DNA of 64,000 nucleotides from the NCBI GenBank assembly GCA_020184695.1, contig JAANOX010000280.1, positions 1-64,000 of the forward strand, in the 5' to 3' direction. Positions within the stretch are counted from its first letter, which is position 1, and every line of letters starts with the position of its first letter. Origin of the DNA: Histomonas meleagridis 2922-C6/04-290x (taxonomy: Eukaryota > Protista > Parabasalia). A program made the translations under genes and the position numbers. A model generated the notes under the pieces. The model was not told where the DNA came from. It saw only the letters and a list, made by a program, of their open reading frames with translations, and made no database searches. Of the stretch, positions 20,234 through 31,169 are shown one piece after another.

Positions 20234-20596
20234 TTATAGAACAGGATTGCTTTCTGCTTGAATTGAATCATTGGCTAACTGCTGACTGGAATGTATAGAA
20301 GGAACACCTGAATCATTGTTATATCCATAGGATTCTAGAATGTGTTTATGAACTGATCGAGTTTTTTGAGAAGAAGAAGAAGAACTTATTTGATTTTTCA
20401 TTTTCTTCCTTCTGCATATAACAATAAGAATGATAATAATTCCTATTAATATGATTACACCGAAAACAATAAAATATATAATGTAGATTGAATAAAAAGA
20501 AGGATCTGTGCCATCTCCTGAACTTGTTTCAGTGCTGTGTGCATATGTGTCCTGTTTTGGTATTACTGTTGCTTGAATCAAGCAAAAAAAGAGCAT
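20234..20596 (-). CDS. Small single-pass type I membrane protein
   Basis: Short signal-like N-terminus, TM (IYIIYFIVFGVIILIGIIIILIVIC) followed by RRKK. Confidence 0.7.
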   Translation of the reverse strand: MLFFCLIQATVIPKQDTYAHSTETSSGDGTDPSFYSIYIIYFIVFGVIILIGIIIILIVICRRKKMKNQISSSSSSQKTRSVHKHILESYGYNNDSGVPSIHSSQQLANDSIQAESNPVL

Positions 20597-21250
20597 AAGT
20601 TTTTTATAGGCTGATTCGACTCAGAAAAAGGTGCAATTAATTGAAATTTCGATTGATTTTTGAATTCCTGTAGTTTGGGTGTAACACGTACGTTTGAAGA
20701 GTCATAATAGGCAAATTCAATGCATTACCGTCTTTTTGAAAAGATTTTGTGTATGCCAGCGGTTATGTTGAAGGTTTTCATTAGCTCTGGATTAATCAGT
20801 GATCACTTTACAAAAAAAACTCGAGATATAAAGTAAATAATTATAAAAAACTGTCCATAATTTTAATAGTATTCATTATGAGTTTACATTGATTTCCATT
20901 TTTAATTGATATAATATTCATCACAACATTTCATGATTAAAATTCAAATCTTCAGCACTTACTTTAATAAAAATGATTTAACAAGAAAAACGCTTAATGA
21001 TTGTTATTTTATTACAAGATATAAAATGATTTTCGGATTTTACCGCACACTTCATTGGAGGATAACGTTAACATTTACGTAAACTTTTAAAAAAGTATTA
21101 AAATTCCAAACAAAACTTCGAAATAAAAATTGCTGACTATAAATTGCAAGAGAAAGAATATATGCCTTTTAAATTACTTCCAAGGAGGCTTCCATGCTTT
21201 GGCGAGTTACATGATTCTAATTGTTAGAAGAATTTAAATAAATCTCTTTT

Positions 21251-22192
21251 TTACTTAGAAACTTCTTGAAGGTACCTTTCAGCAAGAAGTGCTGCTTGGC
21301 ACCCTGTTCCAGCAGAAGTAATAGCCTGACGATAAACACGATCTGCACAATCCCCAGCAGCAAAAACTCCTGGGATGTTTGTTGCAGGTGATCCGTGAGT
21401 TATAATGTATCCTTGTTGATCACATTCAACTTGGCCACGGAAAGGAATAGTTGCAGGTGAATGACCAATAGCAACAAATAATGCCTCACATTGTATTTCT
21501 TTCTCTTCATCTGTCTTCACGTTCTTGATTTTGACGCCAGTCACATGATCATCTCCGAGTACATCGGTAATAATTGTATCCCAAATAATTTGAACATTTG
21601 ACGCTTCGATCTTTTTCTTCATTGGAAGAGAAGCACGAAGTTGGTCACGACGATGAATGAGTTTGACTGAACAGTTAAGATGTGATAAGAATAATGCTTC
21701 TTCAACTGCAGCATCACCACCTCCAACAACAACTACTTCCTTGCCACGGTACAAAGGTCCGTCGCATGTAGCGCATCCAGAAACACCATGCATCTTAAGC
21801 CTTTCCTCGTTTGGTAATCCAAGATACATTGCACTTGCACCAGTGGCAATTATGACAACTTTAGCAAGATAATAAGTGTCACAATCTGTTGCAATCTTCT
21901 TTGGAGTGGATAATAAATCACATTTGGTAATATGTTCATATCGATATTCTGCACCTGCAGCTGTGGCTTGTTCTTCAATTTTCATGACAAGATCGGGACC
22001 TGTTCCAGTGAACCCTGGGAAATTTTCTATTTCTGTTGTTGTTGTAAGTTGTCCTCCTGGTACTTCGCCATGGAGTACAATTGGTTTATAACCAGCTCTA
22101 GCAATATAAAGAGCGGTAGTGCTTCCTGCAGGGCCACTTCCTACAACAATTACATCAACCTTTTCGGCTTGATTCCAATCGTAATCCTCCAT
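21251..22192 (-). CDS. trxR: Low-Mr (bacterial/fungal-type) thioredoxin reductase
   Basis: GSGPAG, GGQLTTT.EIENFPGF, CATCDG, GGGDAAVEEA, HRRD, GVFAAGD..YRQAITSAG. Likely start MEDYD at 22192. Confidence 0.95.
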   Translation of the reverse strand: MEDYDWNQAEKVDVIVVGSGPAGSTTALYIARAGYKPIVLHGEVPGGQLTTTTEIENFPGFTGTGPDLVMKIEEQATAAGAEYRYEHITKCDLLSTPKKIATDCDTYYLAKVVIIATGASAMYLGLPNEERLKMHGVSGCATCDGPLYRGKEVVVVGGGDAAVEEALFLSHLNCSVKLIHRRDQLRASLPMKKKIEASNVQIIWDTIITDVLGDDHVTGVKIKNVKTDEEKEIQCEALFVAIGHSPATIPFRGQVECDQQGYIITHGSPATNIPGVFAAGDCADRVYRQAITSAGTGCQAALLAERYLQEVSK

Positions 22193-23107
22193 TTTCGATA
22201 TGATTTTATGAGGTGATGGAAAGTGAAGTGATTTTTTACCGAAAAATGACATCCAGCGTCTTTTTCCTCTCAATTTTGTGATGTTTATATTTTATTCTGG
22301 ATGAACATGAATGGTTACATCATATTTATATAACTATTGACGAATTTATCTAATTTATATGCTATACATGTAAAAGTTGGTAAGATAGTGTGTAATCAAA
22401 AAAATATGCAAAATTTAAAATACTATTTAATCGGATCTAATGTTCTTTGGATTGATGATACTGGGGTGCCGTTGAAACAGACATTGGAATATTAGCTTTT
22501 TCATGAGGACAATAACCATGGTTATTAAAATTAATATTATGTTATATTTCTTTGAAGAAAATATATTATTATTACTCATTTTAAGCATAATACAATATTT
22601 TATTTAAAAATATTAAAATAGAAGTATCCAACTATGCAATACATCAGCAATAAACTAAAATTTTTTGTAATCATAAATAACATTGTTTGATATGAAAATC
22701 ATCTAAAAATAATATATTTAAGTTAAACAAAATTAAAATGATAGAAGTAAATAATAAAATGGTTACAACTCTATGTTATGATTACTAAAATTATTTAGGA
22801 GGATTCGAACAGAAGAAGAAAAAAGTGAAGAAATACAAAAAGGAACACAATATTTAGTATACTTATATTTATATCTTTATAATTATATATATTGAAGAAG
22901 CATTATATTTAATTGATAAACATGTTTATCAATACAGTCCCGGACAACAAAAAATGTCCACAGAAAAAACCGCCATTATAAGTAAACGTTCATAAGCCAT
23001 AAATTTTGGCCATCGGCCACAAAAAATGTCCAAGAAGTTAACGAGCGCCGAAATTAACGTTCGTCGGCCAGTAATTTTGGCCATCTAACATAAAAAACTG
23101 GTGAACG

Positions 23108-23127
23108 TATATATATATATATATATA
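23108..23127. repeat. (TA)10 microsatellite
   Basis: Directly visible. Confidence 0.9.
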
Positions 23128-24239
23128 CGAAATATAGTTTAAACTTTTAATATCAAAATAAACAAGCATTACAACACTATAAGTAGGACTCAAAATGCAT
23201 TAAAAATATATAAATTGGAAAATTAAATTAAATGCAATTTTATTTGACTAAATTTATATAAATTTCAATCGTTTTATATGGGGCTGATAATCGCATTTGA
23301 TTTCATCACATAAAATTTGCAATATTAGCATTATGTCAAAGTACGTTTTGAGCAAAGCGATAATTATTCCAAAGAAATAATCAAAAAGTCGATATTTTAA
23401 AAAGTAACAGTTACTACCGACCGATACCACTTTTTGAAAAAACGTGGAGTTTCGCGATGTCTGAAATTGATTATTAATCGCAAATGCACTAAATGTGTAA
23501 CCACAATTAGACTACTTTATCTTGATAGCATTCTCATTAATGCTCCTAAATTTTCGAAAATCAATTTTATAAATATACCATTTGAATAAGATAGAAAATA
23601 TAACCCCCTTAAATTGTAATTACTATCAGTTTGATTTAGCATAAATATATATCCATTTTCACGAGATATTTTTATTTTTATGATGAAATTTTAAATACTA
23701 TCGTTCAGAACGATATAAGAATTTTGAATGCATATTGCCACTTTTTTTATCAGGACAATATCGATAAATATTTATCAGGATAAATATCGATAAAACCGTT
23801 TATTATCGGAATATTCAGTACAAAGTCCACTTTTTGATAAATTTCATATAAAATTTTCTTTTCTCGTTGTAAAATTCACTCTTTGAATCAATTCGATGAG
23901 TTCACTCAAAAAGTAATGAAGTGAAGTCAGTTTTTTTTGTATAATCATCATTCAAAAAAATAAAACTACTGTAGGATAATGAAAATGGCGAAAAAATTGT
24001 TGTGGATTCATGTTGGTAATAAAATTTGTTATATGGTGATTCCAGATATATTTGTTAATGGTCATTTAATTGATTTTTTTAAATTGATAAAATTAAAGTA
24101 AGATATTTTCATTTATAGTTAGAAGGAAAGATATAATGAATTTGAATAATATTTTCAAAAATTCAATCCTAGTAACAAGCAAGTTCAGAACTGTCGATGA
24201 GCTTTTGAAAGTTTCAAAAAATTTTTTCATTTAATTGCA

Positions 24240-27146
24240 ATGTTGCCAGTTTTCTTCACCATAGTTTTATTAGCAAAATCTAGCTTAAGCGTAATCTCTA
24301 ATGACTATCAATATTCTCCAATTGAAGTATTAGAAATCATCTCAAATTTCATTAATAAGAAATATACTGTTGAAGAATTTATTCATGTTGTCGGAATTAA
24401 TTACCCTTACGTAGATGATGCAATATCATTTATTAAAGATTTTGCAAATTACTTCAAGTTTGATTTCGATCTTACAGCTGTAAATGATTTTCCTGAAGAT
24501 GAAAAATCTTTTTTCAAAGGTTTCTTTAGAGTTTTCTTTGGTAGAGATAGCAAGGATATTGAAAGTTTATCTCAATTCGTTCAATTTATTAATCTCGAAA
24601 GTGGTTTAATATTTAATTGGGAAACCATAGATCTCTTAGGCTTCGATGGAAAATTCCAAATCCCCTTAAGTGAAATTATTACAAATGTAGATATTTTAAG
24701 ATATCTTTCACAAAATGAGCCAAATTTAAATTTAACAGAACTTATACATTTCCTTGTAGATGAGATAGCTCCATTATTTGATCTCGGATTCGATGCACTT
24801 AATCTTCCAAATGCATCACTTCTTAATCTTTTCCAAAGTATAATTAAAGGTGGTTGGTCGCCACATTCACTTTTTAAAGAGCTTCAACTTGATTTGGAAT
24901 ATATTTATGGTATTTCTGAAGTGATTTTCCATTTTTTCTCAGGTAATCATTCCTCAGTTAAAGTTACACCACAATATATTCATGAAACATGGATATCACC
25001 AAATTCAACGAAACTGAAGCATGTATTCGAAATCTATGAAAAATTTTCTAAAGTTAATGAAACTATATTTGAAACCACTTTTATATGGGATGCAGTTTAT
25101 ACAACGTTAGGTTATGTAGTTGATTTATTAAAGAGTGTAAAGGATCAATTTCTTGGAGGAAATATTACTAATTTCTTTGGGTATTATATTAATGGAATTT
25201 TATCAATTCCTGAAAAACCATTTGATCAAACAATTGATAAAGTTGTAAAATTCTTTAATCGATTGGTTGAAATCGAAGAAGATAATACAACTATGATACA
25301 TGATGCATTTCATTCAAAGAAATTTGCAGAAGCAACAGAATTCTTTAATACAACTCTTATTCCATTCTTTTTAGAATTAAAGGATAACATTAATGATACA
25401 TCTAACTTTACTAATATGCTTCATAAGTATTTTTATGTTAATAAGGAAGAATTTTTGTTTTGGTTTGGCTTTATTAGTAATATAACATCGAACAAACATG
25501 GAATTTTAGATGTTTTCCAAATGTTTTTAGGTAATGGAGAAGATGCAATGTTTATTGATATGCTTATTAATGATTTACGTGATATTGTAAGAAACTTTGG
25601 TCCTAAATTCAATCTTACTTCATTTTTCGGATTATTTTTCGAAAAATATCAAGAACCAGTATTTATGGAATGTTATTATATTTTCGTCGAATCAATTAAA
25701 AATGTTGCAAATCCAAATTTACCATTTAATGAATTTTTATACTATAATTTAACAGGACAAGTTACACAACTTGGTAATAATATTAAAAAAGCACAAGAAA
25801 ATGTAAAGAATTTCCTTGAAAGTGATGATAGGGTTTATGTATCACAAGACTTATCTATTTTTTTGACGAGAATTCTTGAATATATAAATGTATTTAGAAC
25901 TAAACCAGTTAAACAATATCTTCGCGAAAATAATAGAAATGTTGAAGCAAATGAAGTAACTACAGCAGGCGAAGTAATCATTAATATTGTACGTCCATTT
26001 TTCTTTAATGTTTCCAAATTACTCAATTTAGAAAGTTTAATGAAGTTTTTATTAGATGACTTTTTACATTTAGACAAAATAGGTCAGTTAATGCGTGACA
26101 CAGATTTTGATCTTAGAGAAGCATTAAACTTATATATTGAAAACTTAGGCGATATTCTTGAAATTGTTTATTATCCATTACAAAAAATTATAAGCAATTC
26201 AACAATCATTGATATCCTTAAATCAGTACCAACATCATTTTGTGATATCGGGAAAAGTTTAGAACGATTTTCAAATCTTGAAACATTTTCAGTATTTCAT
26301 TTATCAACATGTTTAGTTAATAATTGGCCAACGGAAAGAGTTCGTTTGAACATATCACAACTTATACCAATATATCGAATCTTTTATGCATGTTATGCAT
26401 TAACAAATTACTCTATAACTAACTCATGTTATTTATGTCAATTAAGTCAAGCACTTGATTGGAATTTATCATGGATTGATCTTCTTATATACTCTGTTCG
26501 TATGTTAGATGAAACTTCTTGCAGAGAATATATCCAAGATATTTTAGAATTCTTAACATTCGATGGTCCTTATTGGGATAATTGGCTTGGAAGAATTCAT
26601 GTATTAGCTACGAACATTGCTAATGAAGAATCATTTAGTTTCGAATTACCTTTTGATGATTCAAAACGTGAACAAAAAGAAATCTTTAATTATGGTGCTG
26701 ATATTAATGATTGTGATTTTGAAGTTAATCGATTTGATCCTTATGCTTTCTTAGGTATTCCAAGACCAACATTAACATTTACTAATACTTATACGGCTTC
26801 AAATAGTTATACCGCTTCAAGAAGTTTTACTGGCTCACTAACAATTACAATAATTTCATATAATACTTTACCGAATAATTCATTTTCGGAAAATCAAGAA
26901 AATAATAGTAATAAGATTAATATGATAATTGGTATTGTTGTGGCATGTGTTGTTGTTATAGTTGCTGTTGTTATTGGTGTTGTCCTTTATATTAGAAGAA
27001 AAAATAAGATTAAGGGAAAATCGGCTCAATCAGTAGAGATGAACCAAGAAATGGACTTTGCAGCTAATAAATTTGACGATATTGATGAAGATCCTTTCGC
27101 TGAAGATTTTAATGAGGATAATAATAAGCCATTCGAAAATATATAA
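24240..27146 (+). CDS. Large type I surface membrane protein (968 aa)
   Basis: Signal peptide, F/L-rich ectodomain, T/S stalk (TLTFTNTYTASNSYTAS), TM (IIGIVVACVVVIVAVVIGVVLYI), RRK, and acidic tail with DPFAEDF. TCATT Inr upstream. Confidence 0.85.
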   Translation: MLPVFFTIVLLAKSSLSVISNDYQYSPIEVLEIISNFINKKYTVEEFIHVVGINYPYVDDAISFIKDFANYFKFDFDLTAVNDFPEDEKSFFKGFFRVFFGRDSKDIESLSQFVQFINLESGLIFNWETIDLLGFDGKFQIPLSEIITNVDILRYLSQNEPNLNLTELIHFLVDEIAPLFDLGFDALNLPNASLLNLFQSIIKGGWSPHSLFKELQLDLEYIYGISEVIFHFFSGNHSSVKVTPQYIHETWISPNSTKLKHVFEIYEKFSKVNETIFETTFIWDAVYTTLGYVVDLLKSVKDQFLGGNITNFFGYYINGILSIPEKPFDQTIDKVVKFFNRLVEIEEDNTTMIHDAFHSKKFAEATEFFNTTLIPFFLELKDNINDTSNFTNMLHKYFYVNKEEFLFWFGFISNITSNKHGILDVFQMFLGNGEDAMFIDMLINDLRDIVRNFGPKFNLTSFFGLFFEKYQEPVFMECYYIFVESIKNVANPNLPFNEFLYYNLTGQVTQLGNNIKKAQENVKNFLESDDRVYVSQDLSIFLTRILEYINVFRTKPVKQYLRENNRNVEANEVTTAGEVIINIVRPFFFNVSKLLNLESLMKFLLDDFLHLDKIGQLMRDTDFDLREALNLYIENLGDILEIVYYPLQKIISNSTIIDILKSVPTSFCDIGKSLERFSNLETFSVFHLSTCLVNNWPTERVRLNISQLIPIYRIFYACYALTNYSITNSCYLCQLSQALDWNLSWIDLLIYSVRMLDETSCREYIQDILEFLTFDGPYWDNWLGRIHVLATNIANEESFSFELPFDDSKREQKEIFNYGADINDCDFEVNRFDPYAFLGIPRPTLTFTNTYTASNSYTASRSFTGSLTITIISYNTLPNNSFSENQENNSNKINMIIGIVVACVVVIVAVVIGVVLYIRRKNKIKGKSAQSVEMNQEMDFAANKFDDIDEDPFAEDFNEDNNKPFENI

Positions 27147-27540
27147 TAGAAAACATATTTATAATCAATACGCGATTTTTATTTTATCATTAAATAAACA
27201 GATTAAAAAATAATTTGTTTTTGTTTTTTTATTATGTTTTCCTTTACTATTAGAGCTCTAACTCTCTCTGACAAAATAAATTATATTTTATGCAAACGTT
27301 CATTACCGATTCCTTCAGTATGATAATGACATCTTTATTATTCTTAATTAAAGACATAGCTAAATATACATTTTTTGAGTTGTGAAACTCTCTGAAGATG
27401 GAAATAGTTTTCCGATGAAATTTTAACTTTTCTCAATTCTTTCAACCGAAGCAATTTATCTATAATGAATTAGTAATATGAAGAATTTCATTTTCAGTTA
27501 ACACTACAAAATTAAATTCCTTAAAATTTCATTTATAAAT

Positions 27541-28418
27541 TCAACTTCCAGGATGTAAGCGTTGATATATACCATCGATTCTTTCTTCGATATTTTGTAA
27601 CCGACTGTCAATTTCTTCAGCTTTTGTGTTGCTGATGTCTGCCAGCTGCAATGTCCTTGTTCTGTTTGTTGACCGATGACTAATCTTTGATATGTCATTT
27701 TGAGCAACTTCATATTCTACCTCAGTAAGGTCCGGAATTGTCTCAGATCCGTCTGCAAATGCCCCCATAAGGCTTTCGAGCTCGTTGTTGTGTCTTGATT
27801 GCGCAATGTCTTGTGGTGTCATTCCATTGTCATCTTTGCAAGAAATATCTGCGCCAGCAGCAACAAGCATACGGGCAATTATGTCATTGAAAAATCCCAT
27901 TGATAAGTGAAGAGGAGTTCTGTTTTCGTTATTAGTAGAATTTACATTTGCTCCTTGATGGATAATAAATGAAACTAAATCTGGTTGCCCACTGGCTACA
28001 GCAATGTGTATGGCTGTGGCTCCATCATTAAGAGTTTTTCGTTTAAGTTCTTCTATTTTTTCATCATTTGACTTATTCGATAAAATTGCTTCTATGACTT
28101 TAGTATCACGTGAAGCAACCGCATAATGGATGGGAAACCAAGAGTTGATAGGTTCTGTGAGAAGTGCTCCATTATTTACTAAAAACCGAACTATTTTATC
28201 TTGACGACAACAAATTGCATAAATAAGAGGTGTCGGAAATTGAACTGGTGGCAAAACAAATGAGTTTGAGGTAACAAGATTTTTTGGTGAAAATGACATC
28301 TGATGTTAAAATTAAAAAATACTCTTTGGTTAATTAATTTTTCATCAAGACTAAATGATTCAAGGGTTGCTACATTTCCTTGATTTATCGCAAAGATAAG
28401 GTCTTCGTCAAAGCACAT
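27541..28418 (-). CDS. Ankyrin-repeat protein, two exons (28418-28323, 28299-27541)
   Basis: Exon 1 (MCFDEDLIFAINQGNV..INQR) joins in frame to exon 2 (TPLIYAI, FPIHYAV, TAIHIAV, TPLHLSM repeats) after removing a 23-nt GT-AG intron. Confidence 0.85.
28300..28322 (-). other. 23-nt spliceosomal intron
   Basis: GTATTTTTTAATTTTAACATCAG: GTA donor, TAAC branch-like motif and CAG acceptor, phase 0; its removal restores the frame. Confidence 0.8.
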
Positions 28419-28529
28419 CCTGAAGTGAAAAAAAATATAAACAAAGCTTCTGAATTATTGAATTCAATTCGATTTTTAGGGGGGTTCAAATCATGTTTTT
28501 TTTGTGTTGATATTTGGTCGCCCACTCGC

Positions 28530-29339
28530 ATGGAAGCAAAAAGTATTCAAGAAAAAGATCCACAATTACAAAATATAGCTTCCGCTGAAACCAGCCCTAC
28601 AATAGCTGAGCAAGAATCAGCAGAAAATAATGAAGAGGACATCGAAGAAGAGGAAATTGAAGAAGAGCCATTATATGACCCAACAAAGCCAATCCAACAT
28701 ATTAATGTTGAGTACTGCGAAAAATGCAATATACCTACATGTTATTGCCCATACTTTGGACATGTCATAGCAAAACCAAAAATTGTTAAAACTAAAGTCG
28801 TAAATATCAACTCAGACGGCGAAGAAGTAATAGAAGAGGAGGAAGTTGAAGAAGAAGAGGAAGAAGAAGTTATCGAAAAACCAAAACCAAAAGGGAAAAA
28901 AGGACAGATTCTTGACATTGTAATAACAGTAAAATCAAGAACAAAGAGGAAGAACACAACAACCATAGCTAATCTTGCGTCTTGGGATATTGATGTTAAA
29001 GAATTTTCAAAATCTGTTCAAAAAAAGATGGCTATTGGTTGCTCTTATAAAAAGTCACAAATGGGACTCCAGGTTGTTATCCAGGGAGACGTTGGACAAG
29101 CAATCGCTGAAATTTTGATTAAGCAATATAATATTCCAAAAGCTAACATCCAAGCAATTCGCAAGACAAAGAAAAAGCCAACTAATGTCAATAGGCACCA
29201 ACCCCCGCCACAACCAATGCTTGGCCAGATTGAAGAACTTTCAAAATCAACATCGACAAAACAACCATCAAAAAGTTCTGCTCCAGCAAAAGCAACACCA
29301 AACAAAAATAGAAATAGAAATCAGCAAAAGAAGAATTAA
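28530..29339 (+). CDS. DENR: Density-regulated protein (DENR/Tma22), SUI1 domain
   Basis: VEYCEKCNIPTCYCPY Zn site, E/K-rich linker and SUI1 domain (RTKRKNTT.I..KKMAIGCS..VVIQGDV). ATG at 28530. Confidence 0.85.
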   Translation: MEAKSIQEKDPQLQNIASAETSPTIAEQESAENNEEDIEEEEIEEEPLYDPTKPIQHINVEYCEKCNIPTCYCPYFGHVIAKPKIVKTKVVNINSDGEEVIEEEEVEEEEEEEVIEKPKPKGKKGQILDIVITVKSRTKRKNTTTIANLASWDIDVKEFSKSVQKKMAIGCSYKKSQMGLQVVIQGDVGQAIAEILIKQYNIPKANIQAIRKTKKKPTNVNRHQPPPQPMLGQIEELSKSTSTKQPSKSSAPAKATPNKNRNRNQQKKN

Positions 29340-29665
29340 TTATTTTGTAAATTTTACTATAATTTTTTTTTTCATTTGATCTATTTACTCTATTTGTTTC
29401 AAAGTTTTAAGTTCTTTCCGTTATTACAATTTATTAATATTGTTAAATATGAATGATAGTATTTTGAATTTTGAAAACTGTTTGATTCCAGAAACATTCA
29501 AAAATAATGAGTAAAGGCGTTTGGTTTGTTGGCTTTAACACATTCTTGGTAATAATCCAACACCTGAAGGCGCAAAGGTGTTTTCCAGAGATAATCCTCG
29601 CAAAACCGTTTTTTGACACAGCACCGTTATATATTCCAGATTTAACTTTTTTTAGTTCTTTTCTA

Positions 29666-30958
29666 ATGAAATCCAAAAAGAGTATTAAAATTACTGTACC
29701 TAATGTGATATTTCAAAGAGAATTAGATGAAGCAATGGAAATCATTAACAAAGCTCGCAATAGCATCAATGCAATTAAAGAGGAAAACTTCAATTTTGAA
29801 AGAATTCATGATCAATATATTATCCACCTTCAACAATGCCAAGGGGATCACGGGCAATTACGTGAAATCTTCAAAACACTTAAACAAAAATTAGATTATT
29901 CATCTCATAATTACCCCTCAACAACTCAAATCAAATATTTAGTAACCTCACCTAGACGTGATCGACTTGCACCCCCCAGTTTGGCATCTCTTGAGAATTA
30001 TAATGGAACACCTGAAATTCAAACATTAACAGAATCACCAACAAATATCAAATTACGATATGCTCTTAATACTTCATCACATCTCGGTGTTATACAGTTT
30101 TCATCTGATGGTTCCAAAATTGCGTTTGCTGATGGGTATTTTTTATACATTATTAATGCCGAAAATGGTGAAATATTTTCAATTATACAACTTCCTCTCC
30201 CACTTGATGGTGAGCCTCATAGTCTTGCTCTAAAATTTTCACCTAATGATGATTTATTAGCAATCAATTGTTGCAATGGTTCCATCATACTTTTTGATCT
30301 TGAAAAGGAGGCCATATTACATAGGTTTGAACTTCATAAAAATGAAGTTAATTCTATTATATTTGTTGAAAATAAATTAATTTCATGTTCTTATGATGGT
30401 TTCATTGCTATCTGGGACACCAAAACTTACAAGGTCATTAAGGTCATTCCAGAGAATGGTGGTAAATTCGAATCACCCATCATTGGGATGGCTGCTGCTG
30501 ATGGTGCACCATTTTACATTGTTGGTTTTGCTAACGGTCGCATTGGAATTTTCGATGAAGATTTTATGCAACCGATGATATCATTCATTGGCCATGAAAA
30601 TGAGGTCTTTAGTGTAGCTTTATCAGCATATGATAATTGTATTGGTACTTCGTCATCATTTGAGCAAATAGTTAAAATTTGGTCTTTGAGAGGAGTTGCT
30701 TCATTAAGGCAAACATTAATCGGGCACACTGGTTTTGTAAAAACAATTGCATTTTCATCACTACAACAATTGGTGTTCACTGGTTCTTCTGATAAATCAA
30801 TTTGCATGTGGCAATATATAACAGGAGTTAAAGTTGCTGAAATTAGAATGCATGACGATGAGATTTCATGCTTAAGTCATCATCCTCGTAAAAAATCGTT
30901 TGCTTCTTGTAGCAAAGATGGTATCATTTGCGTATGGGATTACGATTTTCCAAATTAA
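29666..30958 (+). CDS. WD40-repeat protein (Tup1-like architecture)
   Basis: N-terminal coiled coil followed by GH..WD repeats. ATG at 29666. Confidence 0.85.
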   Translation: MKSKKSIKITVPNVIFQRELDEAMEIINKARNSINAIKEENFNFERIHDQYIIHLQQCQGDHGQLREIFKTLKQKLDYSSHNYPSTTQIKYLVTSPRRDRLAPPSLASLENYNGTPEIQTLTESPTNIKLRYALNTSSHLGVIQFSSDGSKIAFADGYFLYIINAENGEIFSIIQLPLPLDGEPHSLALKFSPNDDLLAINCCNGSIILFDLEKEAILHRFELHKNEVNSIIFVENKLISCSYDGFIAIWDTKTYKVIKVIPENGGKFESPIIGMAAADGAPFYIVGFANGRIGIFDEDFMQPMISFIGHENEVFSVALSAYDNCIGTSSSFEQIVKIWSLRGVASLRQTLIGHTGFVKTIAFSSLQQLVFTGSSDKSICMWQYITGVKVAEIRMHDDEISCLSHHPRKKSFASCSKDGIICVWDYDFPN

Positions 30959-31169
30959 TTTATATTCCATGTAAAAAATTGGATATGTTATAATTTTCAT
31001 ATTTGTAATTTCTGTTTTAAAATCAATGTTTGAAACTCTTTAATTCCCATCATTAAATATTCGGCCGATAGGAAATTTGAATCGAAGACGATCATCTCAT
31101 TCAATTTTTGAATTAATAACACATCACATTTTACAATCGAAAAATTACATCAAACAACAACGTTTACAA

